In this document: piece by piece, positions 9,761 through 19,737 of the stretch
Layout: each line of letters starts with the position of its first letter
How positions within the stretch are numbered: position 1 is the stretch's first letter
DNA from: an uncultured Chloroflexia bacterium
Lineage (GTDB): Bacteria > Chloroflexota > Anaerolineae > CG2-30-64-16
NCBI GenBank assembly: GCA_963774265.1
Contig: CAVZDU010000001.1
Location: 1,312,001-1,376,000, forward strand
Direction: 5' to 3'
Length of the DNA: 64,000 nt
Made by a program: the position numbers and the translations under genes
The notes under the pieces: generated by a model
Databases searched by the model: none
What the model was told of the DNA's origin: nothing
The model's input: only the letters and a program-made list of their open reading frames with translations

Positions 9761-9857
9761 GATGGCTCCTTAGGTGGGAGATAGTGTATGTGCTTCGCTC
9801 TGGCTTCGGGATTAACCCGTCGCGCTCGGCAAGGTCGCGTCCGTTGCTCTCAGAAGA

Positions 9858-10793
9858 TCAGTCTCCCACTAACGCTCGGAGGAAGAACAGCAGATTCGAC
9901 GGCCGTTCGGCCATCCGCCGCATGTAGTAAGGATACCAGTGAGTCCCATATGGCACGTAGACCCGCACCCGGTGACCTTTCCGCACCAGGCTTGTCTGCA
10001 GTTCCCGGCGGATGCCGTATAGCATCTGGAATTCCACCTCGCCTGCTGCCAATCCATGTTGATGTGCATACGCGCGTGCGAAGTTGACCACATCCTCGTC
10101 ATGCGAAGCCACAGCCGCGAACGCACCCTTCGCACGTGACTCAGGCGCGAAGCAAGTACGGATCAGAGCCTGCATGGCTTGTGTCACTCGCGGTCGATCT
10201 CGATACGCGATCGTCGCGGGCTCGTCGTATGCTCCTTTGCAAAGGCGAAAATGCCCCATGCCATCCGCAATCAGCGCCTCCACATCGGCTTGCGTCCGAT
10301 GCAGGTACGCCTGCACTACGAGCCCTGTGTTGTCGAACTGCCCGCGCAGCCGCCGGTAGATGGAGATGGTGCGGTCCGTGTACCCAGATCCTTCCATGTC
10401 GACCCGTACGAAGTTGTTCAGCTCCTTTGCCCGAGCCACGATGCGGGAGACGTTATTGAAGCAGAAATCATCGCCCAGGTCCATCCCCATTTGCGTCAGC
10501 TTGATCGAGACATTGGACTTCACCCCTGCCGCATTGAGGGCATTCAGGGCGAACAAGTATTCATCCGCCGCAGCCACTGCCTCGGCCACTGTGTCAACGT
10601 TTTCGCCCAGGTGGTCCAGCGTCGCGAGCATCCCTTGTTCATTGAGGTGACGCACTGCACTAATCGCGTCCTCCAACGTCTCGCCGGGCACAAAGCGCCG
10701 CGCCATCTTGCGCGCCACAGGCACGCGCACGATCAGGTCCTGGAGGGTTTTGTTGCGGGAGAGTGCAATCAGGGTGGTTCGCATCAGGGGCAT
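9858..10793 (-). CDS. monofunctional proline dehydrogenase
   Basis: RRFVPGE, DHLGE, SIKLTQMG, VRVDME, RLCKGAY, FQMLYG and YYMRRMAERP motifs. Confidence 0.92.
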   Translation of the reverse strand: MPLMRTTLIALSRNKTLQDLIVRVPVARKMARRFVPGETLEDAISAVRHLNEQGMLATLDHLGENVDTVAEAVAAADEYLFALNALNAAGVKSNVSIKLTQMGMDLGDDFCFNNVSRIVARAKELNNFVRVDMEGSGYTDRTISIYRRLRGQFDNTGLVVQAYLHRTQADVEALIADGMGHFRLCKGAYDEPATIAYRDRPRVTQAMQALIRTCFAPESRAKGAFAAVASHDEDVVNFARAYAHQHGLAAGEVEFQMLYGIRRELQTSLVRKGHRVRVYVPYGTHWYPYYMRRMAERPSNLLFFLRALVGD

Positions 10794-10891
10794 AAAAGTC
10801 TCCTCCGGTCATCGTTGCATCAGATCGAAGTCTATTGTGCCGTGCGGTACAGCACTTGTCAAGGGGTGCAGGCCCAGCAACCGTTGGCGCC

Positions 10892-12541
10892 CTATACCTC
10901 GAGCACCAGTGGGAAGATCAGGGGCCTCCTGCCCGTTCGGTTGTAGCAATACTGGCTCAGCACATCTTTTATCTTGTTGCGCGTGGAAGACGCGGCGCCA
11001 CCCGGGCCACGCAGTACTTGCCACATCCGGTCTTTTGCCCCCTCGATGAGTTCATCCGATTCGGCAACGTAGATGAAGCCGCGCGTTAAGATCTCGGGGT
11101 CGGCTACAACTTCGCCCGTCGCCCGATCTATGGCCACCATTGCCACCAGGAAGCCATCGCGCGCCAGGTGTTTGCGGTCTCGCAACACGGCCGCACCGAT
11201 GTCGCCCACGCTTAAGCCATCCACCAACACGTTACCAGCGCCGACCTCCTCACCCAGCCGGAGTGCGTCGCGATGCACCTCGATCACCTGCCCGCTCTCC
11301 ACCACCTGGATGTTCTCTGGCGGGACGCCCGTTTCTCGCGCCAGGCGGGAGTGCAAGACCAAGTGCCGGTATTCCCCGTGCATGGGGATGAAAAATCTCG
11401 GCCGCGTGAGAGACAGCATCAATTTCAGGTCTTCCTGGCTGCCGTGGCCCGACACGTGGACGCCGCACAAATCCGAATAGATGACATCTGCCCCAAGCCG
11501 GAAGAGGTCGTCGATGATATGGTTGACCAGTTCCTCATTACCGGGAATCGGCGTGGCGGACAGCACAACTGTGTCGGTGGGAAGAATCTGCAACTGCTGG
11601 TGTTCATTAGCGGCCAATCGCGCCAAGACGGCGCTCGGTTCGCCCTGGCTGCCCGTACACACGATCACCACCTTCTCAGGCGGCAGGTTGTTCATCTCAT
11701 GCAGGCTGAGCAATTCGTCAAGCGTGACGTTTAGGTAGCCGAGATTGATCGACATACGCACGTTGTTGACCATGCTCCGACCGATCACCCCGACGCGGCG
11801 ACCAAAAAGCCGTGCCGTTTCGATCACCTGTTGGATGCGCGAGATGTTTGAGGCGAATGTGGCGATAATGATGCGCCCTGAAGCAGTGGACATCACCTGT
11901 TCCAGCGTCTCGTTGACGCTCTGCTCAGACGGGGTGAAGCCCGATGAGTCTGCGTTGGTCGAATCCGATAGGAGGACGAGCACCCCGGCGTCGCCAATCC
12001 GCCGCAGCTTCTCAACGTCCGTGAGCTTGCCGTCGACCGGGTGTTGGTCGAACTTGTAATCGGTGGCATGGACCACTGAGCCGACTGGCGTATGGATCAC
12101 GATGCCGACCGCATCGGGGATGCTGTGGCACACGTGAAAGAATTCCACCTTGAAGCAGCCAAGTTCGATTTGGCTGTCAGCGGTCACTGTATGCAGCTCG
12201 CTATCGGCCAGCAGCCCCGCTTCCTTCAGCTTGATCTCTGCCAGTCCGCGCGTCAGGGCGGTGGCGTACACGGGGACATCGAGATACTTGAGCAAATACG
12301 GCAGCGCCCCAATGTGGTCCTCGTGGCCGTGTGTCAGCAGGATTGCCTGCACGCGATCTGCGCGCTCCGTGAGGTAGGTGATCTCGGGATACACCAGGTC
12401 GATGCCGGGCATATCGCTCTCAGGAAACATCAAGCCCGCATCGATCACCAATATGTCGCGGTCGTATTCAAGCGCCAGCAAGTTCTTGCCGATCTCGCCA
12501 AAGCCGCCCAGCGGGATCACCCGCAAAGGAATGTCACTCAC
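10892..12541 (-). CDS. rnj: ribonuclease J
   Basis: PLGGFGEIGKN, THGHEDHIG, SDSTN, TGSQGEP, HVSGH and PMHGE motifs; GTG at 12541 with GGAGG RBS. Confidence 0.95.
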   Translation of the reverse strand: MSDIPLRVIPLGGFGEIGKNLLALEYDRDILVIDAGLMFPESDMPGIDLVYPEITYLTERADRVQAILLTHGHEDHIGALPYLLKYLDVPVYATALTRGLAEIKLKEAGLLADSELHTVTADSQIELGCFKVEFFHVCHSIPDAVGIVIHTPVGSVVHATDYKFDQHPVDGKLTDVEKLRRIGDAGVLVLLSDSTNADSSGFTPSEQSVNETLEQVMSTASGRIIIATFASNISRIQQVIETARLFGRRVGVIGRSMVNNVRMSINLGYLNVTLDELLSLHEMNNLPPEKVVIVCTGSQGEPSAVLARLAANEHQQLQILPTDTVVLSATPIPGNEELVNHIIDDLFRLGADVIYSDLCGVHVSGHGSQEDLKLMLSLTRPRFFIPMHGEYRHLVLHSRLARETGVPPENIQVVESGQVIEVHRDALRLGEEVGAGNVLVDGLSVGDIGAAVLRDRKHLARDGFLVAMVAIDRATGEVVADPEILTRGFIYVAESDELIEGAKDRMWQVLRGPGGAASSTRNKIKDVLSQYCYNRTGRRPLIFPLVLEV

Positions 12542-13085
12542 GACCCAGTCCTCCAAAACACCTTGTCATGCGTTTAGCTGCATCCTGGCGTGCGGCACGG
12601 AGCCGGGCTGTGATTTCCGAATCCTCAAGGTCGGGTGTCGTCATGATCAACCCGTCTTCGCCGTCCCGATAGTACTTACGCCGCGTGCCTACCACGTTAA
12701 AACCGAGCTTTGCGTACAGTTTCTGTGCGACCAGGTTGCTGGCGCGCACTTCGAGGGTGGCAACCCTCGCACCGCGTTCCAGCGCTTCATCCATCAGCGC
12801 CACCATCAGCCATTGTCCCAGACCGCAACCCCGGTAATCGGGGTGTGCTGCTACGGTGGCAATATGGGCTTCGTCGACCAGCAGCCAGAAGCCACCCCAG
12901 GCAAGGATCGGCGGTAGCTCGTTGCCATCAGCAGGCCGAATTACCTGATACGTCGCTAATGAATTGTCGGTCAGGTCGCTTGCGTACATGCGCCGTGTCC
13001 ACGGGTCGGCAAATGCCTGCCGTTCCAGGGGCATGATGACATCCAGGTCGGTCAGCTCCATAGGAGAAATAATGGGTAGCATCAT
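12534..13085 (-). CDS. rimI: ribosomal protein S18 alanine N-acetyltransferase (GNAT)
   Basis: DEAHIATVA, RGCGLG, LEVRASN, LYAKLGF, RRKYY; follows tsaB. Confidence 0.88.
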   Translation of the reverse strand: MMLPIISPMELTDLDVIMPLERQAFADPWTRRMYASDLTDNSLATYQVIRPADGNELPPILAWGGFWLLVDEAHIATVAAHPDYRGCGLGQWLMVALMDEALERGARVATLEVRASNLVAQKLYAKLGFNVVGTRRKYYRDGEDGLIMTTPDLEDSEITARLRAARQDAAKRMTRCFGGLGRE

Positions 13086-13783
13086 CAGGCTGTCTTCGAC
13101 CCATCCGGGTGCTGCAAATAGATGGGGCTGAGCGTCGCGGCATCATCCGCTTGCCCCAGCTCCAGACGCTTGGCGGCCAATTCTGCGAGACAACCCGCCC
13201 GACGCAGACCTAGTCCGGGAGGGAGAAGAATGACCCGCTGCTTTCCCGCCAAGCGTGTCAACGTTTCCTGGTCGGTCTCGCTCAATTCGCCGGCAAAGGC
13301 CATCGTGCGGACCACGGTGTTCGCCATTTCAATGACGGTCGACAGAGCGTATGGCTCTTGTGGTCCCCAGCCTCCGGGTCCGTGAGCGAAGGGCGCCCAA
13401 TATATGCGGCCCCGGCCCGCCTGCGCGACCGCCACCACTGGAATGGGTTGTGACTGGTGTGGGTAGGCGGTCACATCCAGAGTGGGCACGCCGACCAGCT
13501 TGAGGTCCTGTGCCAGCGCCAGCCCTTTGGCTGCAGCCAAACCGACGCGCAGACCGGTGAAGGAGCCCGGCCCGATGGCCACGGCCACGGTCGTCAGGTC
13601 GCGGGCCGCAACTCCGGACAATGTAAGCAGCGCAGAAATTGCGGGCATCAGCTCTTCAGTGTGACGGTTGGCCGAAAACCAGCTTTGCTCCGCGAGCAGC
13701 TGTCGTCCGCGGCCCGTATGAACCTGGTCGTCGTACAAGGCGATGCTCGCCTGACGGGTGGAGGTGTCGATGGCTAATAGCAT
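13085..13783 (-). CDS. tsaB: tRNA t6A biosynthesis protein TsaB
   Basis: LLAIDTS, GPGSFTGLRVG, PIYL. Confidence 0.93.
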   Translation of the reverse strand: MLLAIDTSTRQASIALYDDQVHTGRGRQLLAEQSWFSANRHTEELMPAISALLTLSGVAARDLTTVAVAIGPGSFTGLRVGLAAAKGLALAQDLKLVGVPTLDVTAYPHQSQPIPVVAVAQAGRGRIYWAPFAHGPGGWGPQEPYALSTVIEMANTVVRTMAFAGELSETDQETLTRLAGKQRVILLPPGLGLRRAGCLAELAAKRLELGQADDAATLSPIYLQHPDGSKTA

Positions 13784-13786
13784 GTT

Positions 13787-14281
13787 TCAGGCCTGTTCCA
13801 GCACCAGGCGGCGTAATTCGTGCAGCAAGTTGGCGTAGCATACGCCGCGAGCCGTCAGCGTGAACTGCCGGTCGTCGCCGTCGCCATGGTCAATGGCAAT
13901 GTCGAGATATTCAGGCGGCAATAAGCCCGGGATGCGGTCCGCCCACTCGACGACCACCACATCATCGCTCCAGAACAGATCGCCAAGGCCAACATCCCAC
14001 ATCTCGAGCGGCGCATTTGTCAATCGGTAGCAATCCGCATGTTGTAGCTGTCGGCCGTCTGCACAACGATAGCGGTTGATAAGGATAAAGGTGGGACTGG
14101 TGATGGCTCCCTTCACGCCCAAACCAGCACCGAGACCCTGCACGAAGGTTGTTTTGCCCGCGCCCAAGTCGCCTGTCAAGGTAATAATCGCGCCCTCACC
14201 CAGCAGCCGTCCGATGATTTCGCCCAGGCCGCGCGTCTGCTCGGCCGACCGTGTTTTAATCAGGAGTTGTGTTTCGCTCAT
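13787..14281 (-). CDS. tsaE: tRNA t6A biosynthesis ATPase TsaE
   Basis: GDLGAGKT, SPTF, HADCYRL, VEWA. Confidence 0.93.
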   Translation of the reverse strand: MSETQLLIKTRSAEQTRGLGEIIGRLLGEGAIITLTGDLGAGKTTFVQGLGAGLGVKGAITSPTFILINRYRCADGRQLQHADCYRLTNAPLEMWDVGLGDLFWSDDVVVVEWADRIPGLLPPEYLDIAIDHGDGDDRQFTLTARGVCYANLLHELRRLVLEQA

Positions 14282-14292
14282 AGTCGCCTGCC

Positions 14293-14320
14293 ATTATACC
14301 AAGGTACCGGGGCGCGACAA
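14293..14320 (-). promoter_or_regulatory. promoter of the tsaE operon
   Basis: TTGTCG-16 nt-TATAAT with extended TG on the minus strand. Confidence 0.55.
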
Positions 14321-14396
14321 AACACTTTGAGGCTTTTGATTCAAAACGCCTCACCGTGGTATCATGCGCCACATCTTTGGCAGGAGTCGACCTGGT

Positions 14397-15135
14397 ATGC
14401 GCGTCCTGGTTCTGTCTGATATTCATGCAAATCTGACCGCCCTCGAAGCAGTGCTCGACGACGCGCATGGTGCATACGATGCGGTCTGGTGCCTGGGGGA
14501 TACGGTTGGCTACGGACCCGAGCCGGACGAATGCGTCAAGCGCGTTCGCGGCCTGGGCGCCACAACCGTCATAGGCAATCATGACTGGGCTGCCCTGGGC
14601 CGCATGGACGTGGAGGACTTTTAATCCTGAAGCTCGCCGCGCCGTCATCTGGACGCGGGATCATCTGAGCGAGGATAGCGTGGCGTGGCTGGCGGCGTTG
14701 CCCAGTCGACCGATTGAGATCGACGATTTCACGCTGACCCATGCCAGCCCTCGCGATCCGATCTGGGAGTACGTCCTCTACCCCTCAATCGCTTCCGCTA
14801 ACTTCGAGTACTTCAGCACGCCCTTCTGTCTGGTGGGCCACACCCATGTGCCAGTGTTGCACGTCATGGCGCAGGGAGAGAACAAACTACGCCTCATGGC
14901 GCCCACCTTTGGAACAGGTATGCCCCTCAAGGAAAACTGGCGCGTCATTCTGAACCCGGGCAGTGTTGGCCAGCCGCGCGATAACGACCGGCGCGCGGCC
15001 TATGCTCTGCTTGACACGGAGTCGGCCGTGTGGGAGCCCCACCGCGTGGACTACATGATTGAGGTGACGCAGAATCGGATGCGCCAGGCGGGCCTGCCTG
15101 AGCGGTTAATCAATCGATTGGCGTTCGGCTGGTGA
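14397..15135 (+). pseudogene. calcineurin-like metallophosphoesterase, frameshifted at 14619-14622
   Basis: SDIHAN, LGDTVGYG and GNHD in the first frame; THASP, VGHTH and NPGSVGQPRD in the next; removing one T from GACTTTTAAT restores DFNPEA. Confidence 0.8.
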
Positions 15136-15147
15136 GCACCCGATGGT

Positions 15148-17790
15148 CTACCGCTGCTCCGTGAACCCGTCTGCCTGAGTGCCGCCCCCGCGCAATTGAT
15201 GATATACTGATAACGCTTCGATCAGTTCTTGCTGTCTGCTGCTCGCGCGACGCTGCTCATCTCGCAAGCGGAATCGATTGAGCTTCTGGAATACCGTAGC
15301 TTGCACATATTTCGGGTTTGGCACCATGTTGAAAGTAAACCCTTCGTCAGACGCCGCGGTGCTTATTACCACGTCACCGTAGTCGAAGATCGTCGCCCAG
15401 ATCCCATTTTGCTGGAACACTACGTTCTGAACCTTCTCCAGTCCGCCCTCACGGCGTTTCGCATTGAGTCCCAAAGGCTTCATCTCGATGTCAATAACGC
15501 GATCATCGGTGGCGATGTAGACATCGTTCCGGTAGTCGGTGAACTCCCACCAAAACCAGAACGCTGCAAACGCCATCAACACCGACCACCCGGCCAACAG
15601 GGGTATCGCGTCGAGCCAAGCAAAGTCGATTAATCCTGCGAGAAGCAGCACAGCGATCACCAACAGCGCAAAGGTCATGAGGAATGGGGCGCCGATCCGG
15701 CCCAGCGCGTTTAGCCAATGCTTGCGCCAGATCACCATGCCGGGCAACTCTTTGGCTGGGGTGACCGGAGGCGTGATGCCAAAAAGAACCCTACGCCAAC
15801 CTTCCGGCAGACTCGATGAATGTTGTGCTAACCAGGCTTTGGTGTTCGGCGGGGTCGGCAGGCGTTCCTGCCTGGGCGGCCGCGTGAAGAGCCTTTTGAA
15901 CCAAGGTGGCACGATCGACACCGTGGGAGGCTGCACGTCGCCAAGCGCCCGCTGGCGTTGCGGGATGGGCAACGCCAGTCGCAAGTCTTTAATCAGGCCT
16001 CGCCGCAATTCCTCCTTTTGCCGCCCGCGTTCTTGAGCCTGGGCTTCGGTTTTAGCGACTTCGAGCTCTTTTTGGACTCGATATGGATCGGGTGTGTTGT
16101 TCAACTTGATTGGCTCGGCCTTTGAAGCGGTGCGAACGGAGACATCCCCATAGTCGAAGATCCGCCCCCAGAAGTTAGTGTCGATCGTCACGTCCTGGAT
16201 CATTTCTACCGGGGCCTCTGCACGCGACTCAAACAACAGGAGCTGCCGGTCACGACGCGTTACACGGCGGTTGGTGACGACATAGTAGTCATCGTAGTAG
16301 TTGATCACCAACCCGATGGCCAGTGGAAGCAGGACGAAGGCGGCGATCAGCAGTAGGGCGATGCCCCCGGCCCCGTTCAGCCCGCCAGGCAGCACGGAGG
16401 CAAGGCCGGTCAATGCGAACAAAAGGAGCACCACAATGGACAGCGGCAAGATGAGCCAGAAGAGATGCGGACGGTCCTTCCATTTCACAACCTCACCCTC
16501 TTGCATCCACCCAAAAGCGGGCTTGAGTTCTTTGATTTGCTCGAGTTTCTGCGCCAGCTTGGCGTCTGACCAGATATCAGGCTTGTCTGCCAGGGCATAG
16601 CCAAAGTCGCGGCGATCCAGGGTCAGGATGTCTGCCCCCGCCAGGCCCGGTTGTCCGCGAACGCTTTCGCCGCGCACTGCGCGCACCGTCACATCGCGCG
16701 TCTTGCCCTGCAACAGCGAGGTTTTCCCAAAGGCCGTCTTGGGTTGGACGCGGCTGCGGGGCCGCTCCCGGCCGAAGTTGTCGAATGCCGTAATCAGTGC
16801 GCCGCCCTCCCGCACCATGACATAGGAGTGCCCGGCACTTCCCTGCGTCGTGATGTTCTGACTCTCGGGCACGAACTCCCATGCGGTGAACTGCGCCAGG
16901 TGATGTTTCTGCCGGGGGGACAGGTCTTTAAACAGCTCCGCCTCGTTGAGAGTCGCTACTATGTTCACCGGCTGCTGGACCAGGCTGCCAACATCCGGGA
17001 ACATCGTGATCAGGCGGTCTGCATGCTCAGCGGGAAGGTAGAACAAGTGCGTGGGCACGTGGGCCACGGCGGAATCGGCAGCGCAGTTCAGCCCAAAGCG
17101 CATCATCTTGCCCGGCTGGGACGCCAGCCCCGGATCGCCCTGGGACACGAAAAAGTTGCCCACGGTGATGCGCCACGCCTCCCATTCGACCGGGTAGGGA
17201 TTGATGGGGCCCTTGAGCGCTATCTGACCCTGGTCGACGATCCAGATGCCTGGCCGCTCGGGCAGTGCGAGCGCTTCGCCGCGGGCCAGATTAACCTCGT
17301 CCACCAGGTGCGCCAACCAACGCACCTGGTCGTCGGTGAGATCGCGGAACAGGGGGATGCGCCGCAGCCGTCCCGCGCGCGCCTCATGCAGCAAATCCTC
17401 GCGCAAAGTGGGCGCACGTTCCATCGCCTCGCGCAAGTCGGCTGCCCTCATCAGAAGCAATGTGGTCTGCTCGCCTCGCAGAGAGGCGCGCGCAGCGGCG
17501 CGATACATCTCGTCGAAGAGCGCCTGTTGTCCAAAAAACTGACCCGGTAGAAATTCTTGCTCGAACCATGTATCGCCACCCTCCGCCAGGCGCATCACCA
17601 CCCGGCCGGTGGCAACAATGAACAGATAGGTGGGGGGATCTCCTCGGTGAAAGACAAAGTCGCCGGGCGCATAGGTCTTCAATTCCAGGCGCGGCAGCAG
17701 GAACGTCCGGAAATCGGGCCATTTTTGCACCAGAGGCGAGTCTTTAAGAACTTGCCAGAACTGGGCGTCTTCTGCCTGCGTCAGAGTCAT
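15148..17790 (-). CDS. membrane protein with three cyclic-nucleotide-binding-like domains and two bacterial PH (bPH_2-like) modules
   Basis: Repeated LxxxPLFxDL and GxxFG..AL..R motifs; two TM pairs, each followed by YVVTNRRV or YIATDDRV ... IFDYGDV. Confidence 0.75.
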   Translation of the reverse strand: MTLTQAEDAQFWQVLKDSPLVQKWPDFRTFLLPRLELKTYAPGDFVFHRGDPPTYLFIVATGRVVMRLAEGGDTWFEQEFLPGQFFGQQALFDEMYRAAARASLRGEQTTLLLMRAADLREAMERAPTLREDLLHEARAGRLRRIPLFRDLTDDQVRWLAHLVDEVNLARGEALALPERPGIWIVDQGQIALKGPINPYPVEWEAWRITVGNFFVSQGDPGLASQPGKMMRFGLNCAADSAVAHVPTHLFYLPAEHADRLITMFPDVGSLVQQPVNIVATLNEAELFKDLSPRQKHHLAQFTAWEFVPESQNITTQGSAGHSYVMVREGGALITAFDNFGRERPRSRVQPKTAFGKTSLLQGKTRDVTVRAVRGESVRGQPGLAGADILTLDRRDFGYALADKPDIWSDAKLAQKLEQIKELKPAFGWMQEGEVVKWKDRPHLFWLILPLSIVVLLLFALTGLASVLPGGLNGAGGIALLLIAAFVLLPLAIGLVINYYDDYYVVTNRRVTRRDRQLLLFESRAEAPVEMIQDVTIDTNFWGRIFDYGDVSVRTASKAEPIKLNNTPDPYRVQKELEVAKTEAQAQERGRQKEELRRGLIKDLRLALPIPQRQRALGDVQPPTVSIVPPWFKRLFTRPPRQERLPTPPNTKAWLAQHSSSLPEGWRRVLFGITPPVTPAKELPGMVIWRKHWLNALGRIGAPFLMTFALLVIAVLLLAGLIDFAWLDAIPLLAGWSVLMAFAAFWFWWEFTDYRNDVYIATDDRVIDIEMKPLGLNAKRREGGLEKVQNVVFQQNGIWATIFDYGDVVISTAASDEGFTFNMVPNPKYVQATVFQKLNRFRLRDEQRRASSRQQELIEALSVYHQLRGGGTQADGFTEQR

Positions 17791-17808
17791 GTCACAACCC
17801 TTCGCGGA

Positions 17809-19695
17809 CTAGAGTCCCTCACGGATCGCCTGTGCGGCTGCCAGGTTCATACCGGGCGCGGCTGCCAACTGTTCGAGCGATGCTTCGCGGATCGCCTCAA
17901 GAGAGCCGAAATGCTTGAGCAACGAGCGACGACGCGCCGGCCCAATGCCTGGGATGGCGTCCAACTCCGATGTAACCGATGCCTTGCTGCGCTGTTCACG
18001 ATGGGCGGTGATGGCGAACCGATGTGCCTCGTCGCGGATGCGCTGGATCAGGAACAGGCCCTGGGTCGCAGGCGGCAGCAGGATCGGATCCGACCGACCC
18101 GGGAGAAACAACTCCTCGCGCTGCTTGGCCAGACCTGCCACGGGCACGACTTCGGTCAGCCCGAACTCAGCCAAAACCTCGATAGCAACACCCAGTTGTC
18201 CCTTACCGCCGTCGACGATGAGCAGGTCGGGCAATAACCTCCACGCTGCATCCCACGGCCGTGCCTTGCCGCCAGGATCCTTGACAGCGTCTTCGACCGC
18301 CCGGCGAAAGCGACGGTGAAGCACCTCACGCATCGATGCGTAATCGTCCGGCTCGCCCTGGTTGCCACGACCCTTGACGTTGAACCGGCGGTAATTGCTT
18401 TTGAGCGGAGCTCCCTTTGCAAAGACCACCATGCTGCCTACGGTGTATGTGCCCTGCAGGGTGGAGATGTCGAAGCACTCGATCCGGCTCGGCGGTTCCT
18501 CCAACCCCAGCGCCTCCTGGACCTGGCTGAGGGCTTCCGTCTGCCGGTTCGTGTCGGCTTGCCATTGGGCCTGCAGCGATGCGAGCGTCGCGGCCGCGTT
18601 TTCACCGGCCATGTGCAGCAGTTCCTGCTTGGCTCCGCGCTTCGGCACGGTCAGCATCACCTTCTGCCCTCCCCGGCGGCTGCGCAGCCACTGTTCGATG
18701 ATCGTGCGCTCATCGAGATCCTTGGGCAAGAGGATGCTGGGTGGGACAAAGGCGGCTTCATCGTAGAACTGCTTGACGAAGGCCGAGATCAACTCGCCGT
18801 TTGCCTCTGGAGGCACGCCCTCAAGCACGAAGCTCTCGCGACCGATCAGCTTGCCGCGGCGGATAAAGAATACCTGGACGCATGCCTCGCCGGTGCGCTC
18901 ATCCTGGGCGAAGGCGATCACGTCTTCATCTTCTTGTTTACCGCTCACGACCTTCTGGCGCTCGACAATCTGGCGGGCGGCCCGGATCTGATCGCGCAAC
19001 TGTGCCGCTCGCTCAAACTGGAGGTTTTCAGCGGCCCTTTCCATCTGACCAGTCAACTGATCGAGCACGCGCTCACTGTCGCCCTCCAGGAACGCGCTCA
19101 GCCCGCCAACCATCTGGCGGTACCCATCCCGATCAACGGCGCCGATACACGGCCCCGCGCAGCGCTTTATATGGAAGTACAAACAGGGTTTTGGGTCTCT
19201 CCCCGTGATCTCGCGATTGCAGTCCAGGTACGGAAACACTCGGCGCAGCACGTCGAGCGTTTGGCGCACGGCATAGGCTGACGCAAACGGCCCGTAGTAA
19301 CGACCACCGTCGCGCTCCATGCGCCGCACGATGCTGACCTTCGGGAAATCCTCTTGCCAGTGAATTTTGATGTAGGGGTAGGTCTTGTCGTCGCGCAGCC
19401 GTACATTGAACCGGGGCCGGTAGCGCTTGATCAACTCGTTTTCAAGGATCAGCGCCTCGAGCTCAGTGTCTGTGACGATCCATTCGAGGTCGGTTATCTC
19501 AGTTACCAGCCGCCGTGTGCGCGGCTCATGGCGGGCTGCTTCGTGGAAATAGGAGCGAACCCGGTTGCGTAAGACCACCGCTTTGCCGACATAGATAACC
19601 TTGCCATCGGACGAACGGTAAATGTAGACGCCTGACCGTTCGGGCAGGGTGTCCAACTTTTGCGCGAGATCGGGGGCAAGGTGATGATTGTTCAC
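17809..19695 (-). CDS. uvrC: excinuclease ABC subunit C
   Basis: GIY-YIG (GVYIY..IYVGKA), RIECFDIS, DGGKGQ, RDEAHRFA and HhH motifs. Confidence 0.97.
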   Translation of the reverse strand: MNNHHLAPDLAQKLDTLPERSGVYIYRSSDGKVIYVGKAVVLRNRVRSYFHEAARHEPRTRRLVTEITDLEWIVTDTELEALILENELIKRYRPRFNVRLRDDKTYPYIKIHWQEDFPKVSIVRRMERDGGRYYGPFASAYAVRQTLDVLRRVFPYLDCNREITGRDPKPCLYFHIKRCAGPCIGAVDRDGYRQMVGGLSAFLEGDSERVLDQLTGQMERAAENLQFERAAQLRDQIRAARQIVERQKVVSGKQEDEDVIAFAQDERTGEACVQVFFIRRGKLIGRESFVLEGVPPEANGELISAFVKQFYDEAAFVPPSILLPKDLDERTIIEQWLRSRRGGQKVMLTVPKRGAKQELLHMAGENAAATLASLQAQWQADTNRQTEALSQVQEALGLEEPPSRIECFDISTLQGTYTVGSMVVFAKGAPLKSNYRRFNVKGRGNQGEPDDYASMREVLHRRFRRAVEDAVKDPGGKARPWDAAWRLLPDLLIVDGGKGQLGVAIEVLAEFGLTEVVPVAGLAKQREELFLPGRSDPILLPPATQGLFLIQRIRDEAHRFAITAHREQRSKASVTSELDAIPGIGPARRRSLLKHFGSLEAIREASLEQLAAAPGMNLAAAQAIREGL

Positions 19696-19737
19696 AACCG
19701 ATATTATACACTAAAGGGGAAGAGAAACAAGCGTCTA

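Noticed and set aside
14619-14622. Programmed ribosomal frameshift in the phosphoesterase
   Set aside because: No canonical slippery heptamer or evident stimulator; a homopolymer sequencing error is simpler
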